Part shown: positions 48,693 to 58,925 of the stretch, one piece after another
How positions within the stretch are numbered: the stretch's first letter is position 1
Layout: every line of letters begins with the position of its first letter
Assembly (NCBI GenBank): GCA_001567355.1
Contig: JYNZ01000003.1
Location: 530,263 to 594,262 of the forward strand
DNA: 64,000 nt
From: a candidate division WS6 bacterium OLB20
Lineage (GTDB): Bacteria; Patescibacteriota; Dojkabacteria; B142; OLB20
Direction: 5' to 3'
Translations under genes and position numbers: made by a program
Notes under the pieces: generated by a model
The model's database searches: none
Seen by the model: only the letters and a program-made list of their open reading frames with translations
What the model was told of the DNA's origin: nothing

Positions 48693-49493
48693 TTACTCCT
48701 GAAGCGTTCTATCGACACGTTTTATGGCGGTTGCCCTGCCATTTTCGACGGTAATCAGAACAGAATTAAACACCCTGCGGCCTCCCATCTCCATCACCTT
48801 ACCCTGCTTGAAAGGGAATTTGAAGTTATTTATGACAGCATCAAAACCAGCCCAGAGTGATGCGTCCAGCGGACCGACCATGCCAGCGTCGGTGACATAG
48901 GCAGCCCTTCCTATGATCCTCTGGTCTGCTGTGGGTACATGCGTGTGTGTTCCAAAAACACCCGAGACCCTGTCTTTTACGTAGTAGGCAAGCGAGATTT
49001 TTTCGGCTGTTGCTTCAGCATGAATATCAATAATCACAGGATCATTCTCTTTGATTCCTGCCTCCGCCAGTTCTTCAAGAATGCGATCAATCATCCAGAA
49101 CGGACTGCGCACCGGCTCATGCATAAACACCTGACCGAGCAGATTGACGATTGCAAGCCGTCGTGAACCCATGTCCACTACCGCCCATCCCCTTCCAGGC
49201 AGCTGCTCCTGCCCCTCATAGTTATACGGTCTCAGTATGGGAAGATTACTGTCATGCATCTCTTCGACAAACTCACGTACCTTCCAGACATGATCCCCGC
49301 TGGTAAAGTAATCAACTCCGTAGCCGATCAGTTCATCAAGCACTGCCCTGGTCACACCATAACCTCCCGCGGCGTTTTCGCAGTTGGCAATTACAAAATC
49401 GACTTTTTCTTCCCGCTTGATCTGAGGCAAAAGCGCACCAACTGTCTGCCTGCCCGGACGACCCGAGATATCACCTATGCAAAGTATATTCAT
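48693..49493 (-). CDS. YmdB-like metallophosphoesterase (TIGR00282 family)
   Basis: MNILCIGDISGRPGRQ, GNHE-type metallophosphatase motifs. Confidence 0.8.
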   Translation of the reverse strand: MNILCIGDISGRPGRQTVGALLPQIKREEKVDFVIANCENAAGGYGVTRAVLDELIGYGVDYFTSGDHVWKVREFVEEMHDSNLPILRPYNYEGQEQLPGRGWAVVDMGSRRLAIVNLLGQVFMHEPVRSPFWMIDRILEELAEAGIKENDPVIIDIHAEATAEKISLAYYVKDRVSGVFGTHTHVPTADQRIIGRAAYVTDAGMVGPLDASLWAGFDAVINNFKFPFKQGKVMEMGGRRVFNSVLITVENGRATAIKRVDRTLQE

Positions 49494-49565
49494 TCTCGTT
49501 TAACCAGAATTACAATTCAGCTCTTCGCAACCTGTACCTGAGTACCGTTATGGTAAAATGCCTGT

Positions 49566-50138
49566 ATGGTAAAGAAAATCGTACAGATCGGACATCCGAT
49601 TTTAACGCAAAAGACACAACCTGTCACGGATATTGATGCCGCAGAAGTGAGGCAGGTGATAGGCGATCTGCTGGACACCTGCAGAGCAACACGCACAATC
49701 ACAGCGGGCCTTGCTGCACCGCAGATCGGTTCGGATCTTAGTATCTGCGTATGCCGCCGTTCAGATCTTGAAGACCAGGGAATGAAAAACCTCAGCGACG
49801 ATGTTCTCTGGCAGGTATTGATCAATCCGCAGGTCACCGGAGAATCAGACGATCTTTCCGAGATCTGGGAGGCGTGCCTCAGCATTGGCGAAGGGCAAAA
49901 CATGCTGTACGGTCCTGTTCTGCGACCTGCAGAAGTTGAAGTGTCATTTCTGGATCCCGATGGCAAAGAGCAGCATTTTGAAGGTGACGGATTCTTCTCT
50001 CACCTGCTCCAGCATGAGATCGATCATCTTAACGGCAAGCTGTTTTTAAGCTATATAGCAAACCCGGCCAATATCTGGAAGTCCAGCGAACTGGATGCCT
50101 ATCTGACCGAACACGACAGCTACCCTCCTGTCAGGTAG
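49566..50138 (+). CDS. def: Peptide deformylase
   Basis: GLAAPQIG, EACLS, HEIDHLNG motifs. Confidence 0.85.
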   Translation: MVKKIVQIGHPILTQKTQPVTDIDAAEVRQVIGDLLDTCRATRTITAGLAAPQIGSDLSICVCRRSDLEDQGMKNLSDDVLWQVLINPQVTGESDDLSEIWEACLSIGEGQNMLYGPVLRPAEVEVSFLDPDGKEQHFEGDGFFSHLLQHEIDHLNGKLFLSYIANPANIWKSSELDAYLTEHDSYPPVR

Positions 50139-51594
50139 CAGTTTTTCTAAACGCCAGTGCCTCTTCAAGATGTTCCTGTTTCACAGAAACAGAAGCTGCA
50201 AGATCTGCTATCGTTCTTCCCACACGCAGCATTGAGAAATAACTGCGCTGTGACAGTGACAGCTTGTCGACTGCATCGACCAGAAACCGCCGTGCATTGT
50301 CCTCAACGCCAAGTACAGCTTCGAGTGCAGCATCAAGCGGAATGGCACGATCCCGCGAAAACTGTCTTGCCAGCTCCACCCGTTTTCGTATTGCAGATGT
50401 TTTTTCAGCATCGCTGCTGCTGCGCATCTCCCCTGCTGTGAGACGCGGCACAAATACCTGCAGATCAATCCGGTCCAGCAGAGGTCCGCTCAGGCGCCGG
50501 GTATAACGTTCGAGATCAAATGGTGTGCAGACACAGTCACGGACGGGATCTCCAAGATAACCGCATTTGCACGGGTTCATTGCCGCAACCAGCAGAAAAT
50601 CGGCCGGGTATGTAATGCTGCCTGCAGCTCTTGCTATCGTTACGGTTCTGTCCTGCAGAGGCTGTCTCAGGCTCTCAAGGGATCGTCCGTCAAACTCGGT
50701 AAACTCGTCCAGAAACAGTACTCCCCGGTGTGCGAGGGTGACCTCGCCAGGCCTCGGGATACTTCCACCACCGATCAGAGCGACATGGGAACAGGTATGG
50801 TGAGGTGAGCGAAACGGACGTACATTCATTATCCCGTCCCCTGCCCTGCTGATTCCCGCAACACTGTGGATGGTGGTGACCTCAAGCTGTTCCTCAAAGT
50901 CCATCGCAGGGAGTATTCCTGCAAGTGCATGCGCCATAAACGTCTTGCCTGCACCAGGCGTTCCGCTCAGAAGAATGTTATGCATCCCTGCGGCTGCTAT
51001 TTCCAGCGCACGCTTTGCAGTGCCCTGCCCTCGTATTTCCGCAAAATCTGGTGTATTAACCGCAGCACCAGTTGTAACAATCTTCGCTTTAACCGCAACC
51101 GGATCTTCAACACCTGCAAGGGTCTCCAGGGAGCTTACTGTTATTCCCGCAACTATTCCCGCATCTCGTGCGTTCTTATCGGGTACAACAATGCGGGAAA
51201 ACTGTGCCCTCTTTGCAGCAGTAGCGATGGCCAGTACACCGTTAACCGGACGCAACTGCCCTTCGAGTGACAGTTCTCCCCAGTACACGGTGTTATCATC
51301 GGGCGGCTGTATCTGTCCTGTTGCGCTGAGTATGGCAACGGCGATCGGCAAATCATACCCTGGGCCGGACTTTACAAGATCCGCCGGAGCAAGATTTACA
51401 ATTATTCGCTTAAGTGGAAACTCAAAACCGCTGCTGCGGATTGCTGCATTGATCCGCTCTTTTGACTCCTGCACTGCCCTCCCCGCCATTCCAACGATCT
51501 CGATTCTGGGAAGTCCGGAAGCAATAAACACCTCGACCTCGATGATATGGCCCTGCAGTCCTTCCAGAGCTACCGTGTACACTGATGCATGCAT
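50131..51594 (-). CDS. YifB/ComM family Mg-chelatase-like AAA+ ATPase
   Basis: Lon-like N-domain, Walker A GTPGAGKT, Walker B, C-terminal ComM region. Confidence 0.85.
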   Translation of the reverse strand: MHASVYTVALEGLQGHIIEVEVFIASGLPRIEIVGMAGRAVQESKERINAAIRSSGFEFPLKRIIVNLAPADLVKSGPGYDLPIAVAILSATGQIQPPDDNTVYWGELSLEGQLRPVNGVLAIATAAKRAQFSRIVVPDKNARDAGIVAGITVSSLETLAGVEDPVAVKAKIVTTGAAVNTPDFAEIRGQGTAKRALEIAAAGMHNILLSGTPGAGKTFMAHALAGILPAMDFEEQLEVTTIHSVAGISRAGDGIMNVRPFRSPHHTCSHVALIGGGSIPRPGEVTLAHRGVLFLDEFTEFDGRSLESLRQPLQDRTVTIARAAGSITYPADFLLVAAMNPCKCGYLGDPVRDCVCTPFDLERYTRRLSGPLLDRIDLQVFVPRLTAGEMRSSSDAEKTSAIRKRVELARQFSRDRAIPLDAALEAVLGVEDNARRFLVDAVDKLSLSQRSYFSMLRVGRTIADLAASVSVKQEHLEEALAFRKTAT

Positions 51595-51671
51595 TCTGAC
51601 TGTGAATAACGAATGCTTGCATTCTCACATTCCCGACCTTAATATTTCCCTAAACAAAACCGAAATATTGA

Positions 51672-53462
51672 TCAAATTTTTTCATGTGAAAAAATTTTAC
51701 TCAGTTTCTCCAGCCACCCCTCGACAAGGTCAAAGCTCCCCTGCCAGAAGGAATCCGAAGAAATGTCGATATCGCATTTTTTGAGTATAGTATGTGGATA
51801 ACTCGTGCGTCCAGAAATCAGTATTTCTTCAATTTTCGGTATGAACGAATCCCCCTCAGCTTTATAACGGGCAAACAGGGCAAGGGAGAGTAGCTCTCCA
51901 AACGCGTAAGCGTACACGTAAAAGGGCGTCTTGACCATGTGCGGGATGTACGACCATTCGTATCGGAACAGCTCATCAACATCAACCGAGTCTCCGAACT
52001 GTTCGGTAAGAGTGGAGAAGTATATGTCCGAGAGCTCTTCGGCTGTGACTCCGGCGGCTACAGCGCTGTGTGCTTCAATCTCAAACCGGGCAAAATATGC
52101 CTGCCGCATCACCGTTGCGTAAGAATCCGACAGCTTGTCAAAAAGAAGGGCAGCAGCAGCCTGCTCATCATAGCTGGCAAGCAGACGTTCAAACACAAGC
52201 AGCTCACCAAATGTCGATGCTGTTTCTGCAAGGGGAAGAGTAGGGTTCTGGCCGGCAATTGTCTGGCCGTTTGCATACAGCGAATGGACACCGTGACCGA
52301 GTTCGTGCGCGATCACACTTACATCACGCAGTCTGCCGGTATAGTTGAGCAGCACATACGGCGTAATTGATGGAGTAACGGTTGCGCAAAACGCTCCCGA
52401 TGATTTTTCTTTACGTGGATGAGAATCAATGTGCTGTTCGTCAATAATGCGGCGCGCGCGGTCAGCGAAGGGCTGATGAAAGTCTGTAAACGTATTCATA
52501 ACCAGATCGACAGCATCACCGTAACTGATCCGTTCATCCGGTGTATCGGGATAGGGAGCATACAGATCAAACCTGCTGAGCTTTTTCTGCTTCAGGAGTC
52601 TTGCTTTCAGTCTGAAAAACCGCTGAAACAGGGGAGCATTGCGCCTGCAGACCTCGAGCAGCAGCTCAACAGATCCCGACATCAGATCATTACTGACATT
52701 TCGCATTGCGATGGGGGACTCGTAACCGCGCAGCCCTGCCATTGCATCCCAGTCTTTCTGGATCCCCTGAAAGACAAAAAAGTAAAGCGGCAGATTGTTT
52801 TTGTACACATCAAAGAGCGAACGGTATGCTGCCTCGCGGTAATCAGGGCGCGGATCATGAACATACTGCATCAGCTCGGACTGCGTTGCGATTGTCTTTG
52901 ATCGTTTTGCCGAGACGGGCTTAAAACGGAAGGTCTGTGCCGTTTCCAGCTGCCGGCGGACGTCCTGCAATGTCTCCCGCAGATTGGCATCCTTCAGCGT
53001 TGCCAGCCGTTCTTCAGGCTCTGTTAACGTATGTGCCGCCAGTTCACGTGCACGTTCAAGAATATGACGGTGCGGTTTGGAAGCGGCAAACAGTCTGCGG
53101 GCATTGTTGTCATCAAGTGTATCAACCCCTTCGACATCTTTTCCTTTAATCCAGTGCGAGAAAAAGCGAACAGCGTCTTCAGCCTGAACCAGCAGCTGCA
53201 GGGCGCGTCCCTTAAGTTTCTGGGCAAGCGTGTCACTGCTGTTGGCACTTTCGCGCAGAGCAGGCATATCGTAGAGTCTGTAAAGATCTTCGCTGATACT
53301 GTCTTCAAGCTTTAGCAGATCAACAAAATCCTTCTTTGACATGGAAGGGGAGAGCAGTGATTTTTTAGCGATAAATGTTTCCAGGTCTTTTTCAGCCCTG
53401 GCATACAGTTCGTCAAACTGTGATTCGGGAAGAATGTCATCAAGATTCCAGCGTACAGACAT
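51672..53462 (-). CDS. pepF: Oligoendopeptidase F (M3 family)
   Basis: HELGHGVHS zinc motif, 596 aa. Confidence 0.85.
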   Translation of the reverse strand: MSVRWNLDDILPESQFDELYARAEKDLETFIAKKSLLSPSMSKKDFVDLLKLEDSISEDLYRLYDMPALRESANSSDTLAQKLKGRALQLLVQAEDAVRFFSHWIKGKDVEGVDTLDDNNARRLFAASKPHRHILERARELAAHTLTEPEERLATLKDANLRETLQDVRRQLETAQTFRFKPVSAKRSKTIATQSELMQYVHDPRPDYREAAYRSLFDVYKNNLPLYFFVFQGIQKDWDAMAGLRGYESPIAMRNVSNDLMSGSVELLLEVCRRNAPLFQRFFRLKARLLKQKKLSRFDLYAPYPDTPDERISYGDAVDLVMNTFTDFHQPFADRARRIIDEQHIDSHPRKEKSSGAFCATVTPSITPYVLLNYTGRLRDVSVIAHELGHGVHSLYANGQTIAGQNPTLPLAETASTFGELLVFERLLASYDEQAAAALLFDKLSDSYATVMRQAYFARFEIEAHSAVAAGVTAEELSDIYFSTLTEQFGDSVDVDELFRYEWSYIPHMVKTPFYVYAYAFGELLSLALFARYKAEGDSFIPKIEEILISGRTSYPHTILKKCDIDISSDSFWQGSFDLVEGWLEKLSKIFSHEKI

Positions 53463-53541
53463 AAGTGAACGGATACTTAACTATGCAGGAATAGTATATG
53501 CGCAGTCTCTGAAAAGTCAAAGACTGCGCATGGTTTGGTAC

Positions 53542-54579
53542 TTATGATTTCTTTACTGCAGAACGTTTGCGTCTGCGTCCAGCGATATAGATGACAACTG
53601 CGGCAACAGGCGCAAGAGCACACAGCGGAACAAGTAACCAGCCTGCGGCCGAAGCCCAGAAGAGGAGAGCGGTCTCAAACGATCGCGACAGGTCTGCGAT
53701 CAATCCTTTAGCCTGGCGCTGTGAGATGCGCAGCTCAATGCTGGCCAGATCTGTCTCCTGTGACAGTGTGGAGATTTCGTCCTGCTGGGTAGCAAGTCTG
53801 GCCTGCAGCTGAATCAGCTGCTGTTCAAGCTTTGGCCTCTCGTCTGCGGGTGCTGCGGAGATTTTCTCCTGCAACGCAGTGATTTCATCCCGGATTGTTT
53901 CAACAGTCGCTTCAAGTGCGGATAGCTCGTTCTGACGGTCACTGACAGTCAGCTGCTCAGCCAGCACGTCTACATCCTGATTGCGGATTGCACTCAGAAC
54001 ATCGTAGAAGCGGTCGGCAGGTACACGCAGTTGAATATAACCGGAGAGAGTGCCGGTACCGCTCAGACTGGAGCTCTGGATGTAACCGCCGAATTCTGAT
54101 GTCAGCCCCGTCAGCCAGGTGTACGTGCTGCGAACATCCGGTGCGGCAAGTGTCAGTGAAGCATAGAGCTCCTTGGCACGCTCAGCTTCAGCGGTAAGAG
54201 CATCCTCGGCATACGCCTCGGGCTGTGTCTGCTGGATTGATGTCCCGCTAAGGTCCCGGTTCTGAGCCTTGCCGTCCTCACTGTCGATCAGAGCAACGTC
54301 ACTCCCGTTAAATACGTTCAGTTCGGCAGGCTGAACCGGTGACTGATTTCCGCCAGCAAAAAGCAGGGGAGAGAAGAACACCAGCAGTGCAAAACTCAAC
54401 AGTCCTGCAAGAACTGCAGGTCCGGGCAGCCTGAATAGTGATGTGGTCATGGTTTTTTCCTGAAAAGTAGAATGCTCGAAAAGGCGCGCCATGACAGTTT
54501 CGAAAACCCGGTCTTCCGCTGCAGCAGATGGTCCGAGTGTTGAGCTTAATTGTTTTAGTTGTTCTTCAATCTGTTTCAT
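53542..54579 (-). CDS. DUF4349-like membrane protein, probable anti-sigma factor partner of the adjacent ECF sigma
   Basis: N-terminal cytoplasmic segment, TM, coiled-coil periplasmic domain, C-terminal TM; overlaps sigma factor stop. Confidence 0.4.
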   Translation of the reverse strand: MKQIEEQLKQLSSTLGPSAAAEDRVFETVMARLFEHSTFQEKTMTTSLFRLPGPAVLAGLLSFALLVFFSPLLFAGGNQSPVQPAELNVFNGSDVALIDSEDGKAQNRDLSGTSIQQTQPEAYAEDALTAEAERAKELYASLTLAAPDVRSTYTWLTGLTSEFGGYIQSSSLSGTGTLSGYIQLRVPADRFYDVLSAIRNQDVDVLAEQLTVSDRQNELSALEATVETIRDEITALQEKISAAPADERPKLEQQLIQLQARLATQQDEISTLSQETDLASIELRISQRQAKGLIADLSRSFETALLFWASAAGWLLVPLCALAPVAAVVIYIAGRRRKRSAVKKS

Positions 54580-55082
54580 TGTTGTGTGCTAACTGCTGTG
54601 CACGTTTGAGTGCACGATGCTGGAGAACCTTAACTGCATTTGTCTTCATATCCAGTGCCTCTGCTGTTTCTTTCAGTGTAAGCCCCGAGAGAAAGCGCAA
54701 CTCAAGCACCTGCCGGTAGCGGTCTGTAAGCCGGGCCAGGACGGAAGTGAGCTCGGGATAGGAGCGCTCCGGGTCATCCTCCCGATCCTCCTCCATAGCC
54801 GGCTCAGTTTCGAGCGGCAGCACCGGTTTTTCGCGCCGGTACCAGTTGGCAAGCTCATTCCTCGTAATACTGAACAGCCACGTTTTTAAAACTGCTCTGA
54901 GCCCGGAATCTGGCTATGTTTTCAAATGCCTTGGTAAAGATCTCTGAGCATACATCCTCAGCACTTGCATCATTTGTAACCCTGAAGCGCACATACCGGT
55001 ACAGCCACGCAAAATTGGCTTTGTACAGTTCTGACAGCGCACGAGGGTCGCCTTTTTGTGCTGCATGTATCAGCTCTTGCAT
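54566..55082 (-). CDS. ECF-type sigma-70 factor, split by a frameshift in an A5/T4 run (about 54881-54889)
   Basis: Region 2 FTKAFENIARFRAQSSF in one frame; KTWLFSITRNELANWYRR + region 4 LKETAEALDMKTNAVKVLQHRA in the next frame. Confidence 0.75.
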
Positions 55083-55106
55083 CGTCTGTATATTAGACCG
55101 GAAAGG

Positions 55107-55844
55107 TTACACTGCAATAGAGGAGACTGCAGTTCTCAGAAGTTTTACGAGCTCTGGCGTACGGATAACATTGACAGCAAAGCTTTTCTTGCCGGTGCTT
55201 CCGTACAGCACCATGTCATCAAACAGGATTGTGTCTGCTGTAATGAGGAGTTTTGACTTGTGTACGATTGCTGTTTTGCGCATCTCGCGCTGATCGCGTT
55301 TGTTGAACTCCGCGATCGACTCACCCCTGTTCGCTATAAGTGTTGTAAACGCCTGCCGGCGCAGAAGTGCGTTGCGCAGCTTCGGTTCCGCCGGCTCGTA
55401 CAGATCGAGGTCCGGTACCATGATAACAAGTTCGTTGGACGCTGATTCGGCATACACGCGAGTCATGATCTCCCGGTAGCCGGCTGATCCATGGAAGAAG
55501 TTCATCTGAGGCCTGTTGCTGTTGCGGTTGTAGTACGAATCCATCTTCGGGAGGACATCGCCGATTGTCGTCTCCAGCTCTCTTATCTCGCGTTTGCGCT
55601 GATCAAGCAGATCCCGCAGCATTCTCGGGTCTTCGGCACGGAAGAATATCTTGTTGCTTTTTTCAAACTGACCCACCAGCCCGCGCTTGAGCAGGCTGTT
55701 TGCGTATTCGTATACATTTGTACGACCGATATTCGTTTTTTTTGCAATCTCGCTGGCTGAAGCCTCGCCGAACTGCAGCAGTGACGCATACACTTCAGCT
55801 TCTCCCTTGTTCAGACCGAGATCCGTGAGCTCTTTAGTAAACAT
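55107..55844 (-). CDS. TrmB-family transcriptional regulator
   Basis: N-terminal wHTH LTDLGLNKGEAEVYASLLQFGEASASEIAKKTNIGRTNVY. Confidence 0.6.
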   Translation of the reverse strand: MFTKELTDLGLNKGEAEVYASLLQFGEASASEIAKKTNIGRTNVYEYANSLLKRGLVGQFEKSNKIFFRAEDPRMLRDLLDQRKREIRELETTIGDVLPKMDSYYNRNSNRPQMNFFHGSAGYREIMTRVYAESASNELVIMVPDLDLYEPAEPKLRNALLRRQAFTTLIANRGESIAEFNKRDQREMRKTAIVHKSKLLITADTILFDDMVLYGSTGKKSFAVNVIRTPELVKLLRTAVSSIAV

Positions 55845-56037
55845 GTTTCTGACGGGTTTATGTGTATTGTATACAGGTTTCCAGACGGCCACAATGGCCA
55901 ATGCAAAAAAGAGTGTACACAGGACAGGGACGTTCGTAAACCCATATTCATGACATTCGAAACTGTTTATACCTTATAGACAACTTGGAGTCTTCAGCTG
56001 TTTGGATTAAGATGTGCATATATCAGACCCCTTTATC

Positions 56038-56796
56038 ATGGCTTTAACACAAAAGCAGAAAGTCTATATTTTCGGCGGCTGTGCTGTTGCAGTCGTTCTT
56101 TCACTTTGCTGTATGGTTGTTTCGGCAGTTCTGTTCCGCTCTATGTTTGTCGGATCAGGTAATGTCGTGACCAGGGACACAGATGTTGATGACTTCTCAA
56201 GTTTTGAGTTTAACGGAGCGGCAGAAGTACGTCTCATCCAGGGTGACTCCACCAGCGTCTCAATACAGGGCGAGGACAACGTTCTTGACACTTATACCGT
56301 CTCTGTTGCTGATGGCAGACTGACAGTCGGTACCGAGCGCAGAGGTCTGTTTGATGTAATACCGACAAAACCGGTCATTGTGACTGTGTACCTGGAGGAT
56401 ATCACCGAGATTGATCTTAATGGTGCCGCAGATTTTAATGCCGACCGCCTGCAGCTGCGTGACGTCACTCTCCGGATTGACGGCGCATCGTCAGTCACTA
56501 TGGATCTGTTTGCCGATTCTCTGACTGCTGTTGTTAACGGCGCAGGATCAGTTGAGCTGCTTGGCAACACAAATAAGCTGGACCTTACGCTTAACGGGGC
56601 GGGCAGCTTCAGCTCTGCGGTACTGCGCAGCCGCGAGTGCACAGTCACAATCAATGGAGCAGGGAGCGCACTGGTCAACTGCGCCTCGACACTGGATGCG
56701 ACTATCAATGGCACCGGCAGTATTGAGTATCTTGGGGATCCTCAGCTGACACAGGAGATCAACGGACTCGGTACGATCAAAAAGGGTAACGAGTAA
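56038..56796 (+). CDS. DUF2807/GIN-domain (adhesin-head-like beta-helix) membrane-anchored protein
   Basis: N-terminal TM, repeated NGAGS/DGASS beta-solenoid-like repeats. Confidence 0.45.
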   Translation: MALTQKQKVYIFGGCAVAVVLSLCCMVVSAVLFRSMFVGSGNVVTRDTDVDDFSSFEFNGAAEVRLIQGDSTSVSIQGEDNVLDTYTVSVADGRLTVGTERRGLFDVIPTKPVIVTVYLEDITEIDLNGAADFNADRLQLRDVTLRIDGASSVTMDLFADSLTAVVNGAGSVELLGNTNKLDLTLNGAGSFSSAVLRSRECTVTINGAGSALVNCASTLDATINGTGSIEYLGDPQLTQEINGLGTIKKGNE

Positions 56797-56797
56797 G

Positions 56798-57136
56798 TCA
56801 GTCTTCGGTCTGGCTGACAGTGACACCGTTCATGTCATGGCTGTAAAAGCCGAACTTGCCGGCTATCTGATCCCAGCCTTCCATCGGTTCATCATAGACC
56901 CAGGTTACCTGATCAAGGACAGCATTGCCTTCGCTGTCAATCATGCTGTAGTAGTAACACAATCCCTTGTAGGGACACGTATAGGTATTCTCGGTCCGCT
57001 TAAGAACATCCGTCTTTACGACAGACGGATCTGCATAGAAATTACCGTCAGCACGGATAACGGTTTCGCCAAGCACGCCCTCTGCAAGCAGCACCTCCCT
57101 GCCGGCAGGGGTATGTGCGGTAAATCTGACAGTCAT
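56798..57136 (-). CDS. DUF427 domain protein
   Basis: CPYKGLCYYYS...WVYDEP pattern typical of DUF427; 112 aa. Confidence 0.5.
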   Translation of the reverse strand: MTVRFTAHTPAGREVLLAEGVLGETVIRADGNFYADPSVVKTDVLKRTENTYTCPYKGLCYYYSMIDSEGNAVLDQVTWVYDEPMEGWDQIAGKFGFYSHDMNGVTVSQTED

Positions 57137-57192
57137 AAAGAGAGAAGTAATATTCTACCCACATAGTAACTGTTCCCTGGGTGTGCGGCAAG

Positions 57193-58251
57193 CTATACCG
57201 ACAGCAGGTCGGGATCGTCGGTACGCAGCAGATTTGCCACTCTGTGTCGCAGATTGGTTTCAGTCAGCCCATCTGCATAGGTGCGTACACTGAACCCGAC
57301 CGTCTGAGCTGTCGTCACAACCGGATGACCTGTCAGTTCAGCCTCCTCGCTCTCAAACATGTCGAGCATTCGACCTGTTCTGCCTGCACGAATATCGACA
57401 TACATGCCGTCCGGACCGCTGTATGTATGCATAAACCGTGCAGCCTTAGTGGCAGTTGCTTTACGAAGCATGTCTGCATCAGTGCCGGGGTATGATTCTG
57501 CAGTATGGAGAATGTGTGTAAGTATTTCTCCTGCCTTGTGCGGCTGACCGTTTCTCATATGCTCTGCAGCCACTGATGCGATACCCTCGGTCAGAATCTC
57601 ACGCATTTTCTGGTACTCGTCAGCTGAGAACCGTCCCGAGTTTACTCTGCTGCTGATCTGGTCAGACATCCGGGTCACCTCGCTGAAGTCGTAGCAGCCG
57701 TTGAAGTTAACTCTGTTTACAAGCATTCCCGCAGCAGTCAGCATTGCCCGGCGGCGGCTTGAATGGCGGGGCAGGTATTCACCTGCTAGGACACGGTCAA
57801 GGGCTGCCGGTCTGTACAGACCTGTTGAAACGAGCTGTTCCCCTATAGCCTGCAGCGTCCCGACGGGTATCAGATCAGAAAGATTCCGGTACGCATCAAG
57901 ACAGCGTTCTACCAGCCTGCGTTCATCACTAAGCGGAGCAAATGTTGTTGCGTCCACACGCCGGTAAGTCTGCATTGTATAGGACTGAAGCGCTTCTGCT
58001 ACAGTTTTATGCGTAATCTGTGCATCAAGCTCGGTATCAATCGAATGTGGAAGCCCGCTGTAACGCTGCAGCTCAGCAAGGACAACGGACTGCGCATACG
58101 GGTCTTCTGAGACTGAGATATGGAATGAAGGAAGCTGGCCGGTTTGGACATACCCGACATGAAACGTCCTCTGGACATGATAGTCAACAGGATTCAGCAG
58201 GCTATTCCGCTGCCAGATTATTGATTCCGGTTCACGCCCGAAACGCTCCAT
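57193..58251 (-). CDS. Hypothetical protein, 352 aa, no recognised domain
   Basis: ORF only. Confidence 0.3.
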   Translation of the reverse strand: MERFGREPESIIWQRNSLLNPVDYHVQRTFHVGYVQTGQLPSFHISVSEDPYAQSVVLAELQRYSGLPHSIDTELDAQITHKTVAEALQSYTMQTYRRVDATTFAPLSDERRLVERCLDAYRNLSDLIPVGTLQAIGEQLVSTGLYRPAALDRVLAGEYLPRHSSRRRAMLTAAGMLVNRVNFNGCYDFSEVTRMSDQISSRVNSGRFSADEYQKMREILTEGIASVAAEHMRNGQPHKAGEILTHILHTAESYPGTDADMLRKATATKAARFMHTYSGPDGMYVDIRAGRTGRMLDMFESEEAELTGHPVVTTAQTVGFSVRTYADGLTETNLRHRVANLLRTDDPDLLSV

Positions 58252-58358
58252 ATCAGCTGATACAAAACCTTATTATATCATGAATGTATATAGATTTGCA
58301 GCACCGGTCTCCGCTGTGGTCTAATACGAAAAGTATCTTCCCTTATTACACCAGTCTT

Positions 58359-58925
58359 ATGATTCCAACACGAGAACAGGCGCATTCCATCCTTGAAAAC
58401 TGGGTTGAGAACATCAACCTTCGCAAACATATGTACTGTGTAGAAGCCGCGATGAGGGCATACGCAGAAAAGTACGGCGAAGACGCTGATAAATGGGGCA
58501 TCGCTGGTCTGCTGCACGATGCAGACTGGGAAAAATACCCCGACGAACATCCCGCACAGATCGTGGCGAAACTGTCAGCAGAAGGAGTAGATGAAGAGCT
58601 TGTACATGCAATCGCTTCTCACGGAAACAACAGCGAACAGTATGGCGAACGTTTTGCAGAGCGCTCAACTCTGATCGACAGGGCACTGTTTGCCTGTGAC
58701 GAGTTGTGCGGATTTATCGTTGCCTGCAGCCTGGTCCGGCCAAGCGGCATCGATGACCTTGCCCCCAAATCTGCAAAGAAAAAACTCAAGGACAAGGCAT
58801 TTGCAGCACAGGTAAGCCGTGATGATATCTATCAGGGTGCTGAAGAGCTTGGTGTCGATCTTACTGAACACATTCAGTTTGTTATCGATGCAATCCGCGG
58901 GGTAAAGGACAGAGTGTTTGCTTAA
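58359..58925 (+). CDS. HD-domain phosphohydrolase
   Basis: H...HD motif (LLHDADWEKY) with upstream His; 188 aa from ATG 58359. Confidence 0.6.
   Translation: MIPTREQAHSILENWVENINLRKHMYCVEAAMRAYAEKYGEDADKWGIAGLLHDADWEKYPDEHPAQIVAKLSAEGVDEELVHAIASHGNNSEQYGERFAERSTLIDRALFACDELCGFIVACSLVRPSGIDDLAPKSAKKKLKDKAFAAQVSRDDIYQGAEELGVDLTEHIQFVIDAIRGVKDRVFA

Noticed and set aside
53495-53530. Perfect 10-bp hairpin TGCGCAGTCT...AGACTGCGCA between pepF start and the DUF4349-like gene end
   Set aside because: Not followed by a convincing U-tract on either strand; may be a weak terminator or attenuator but evidence is insufficient
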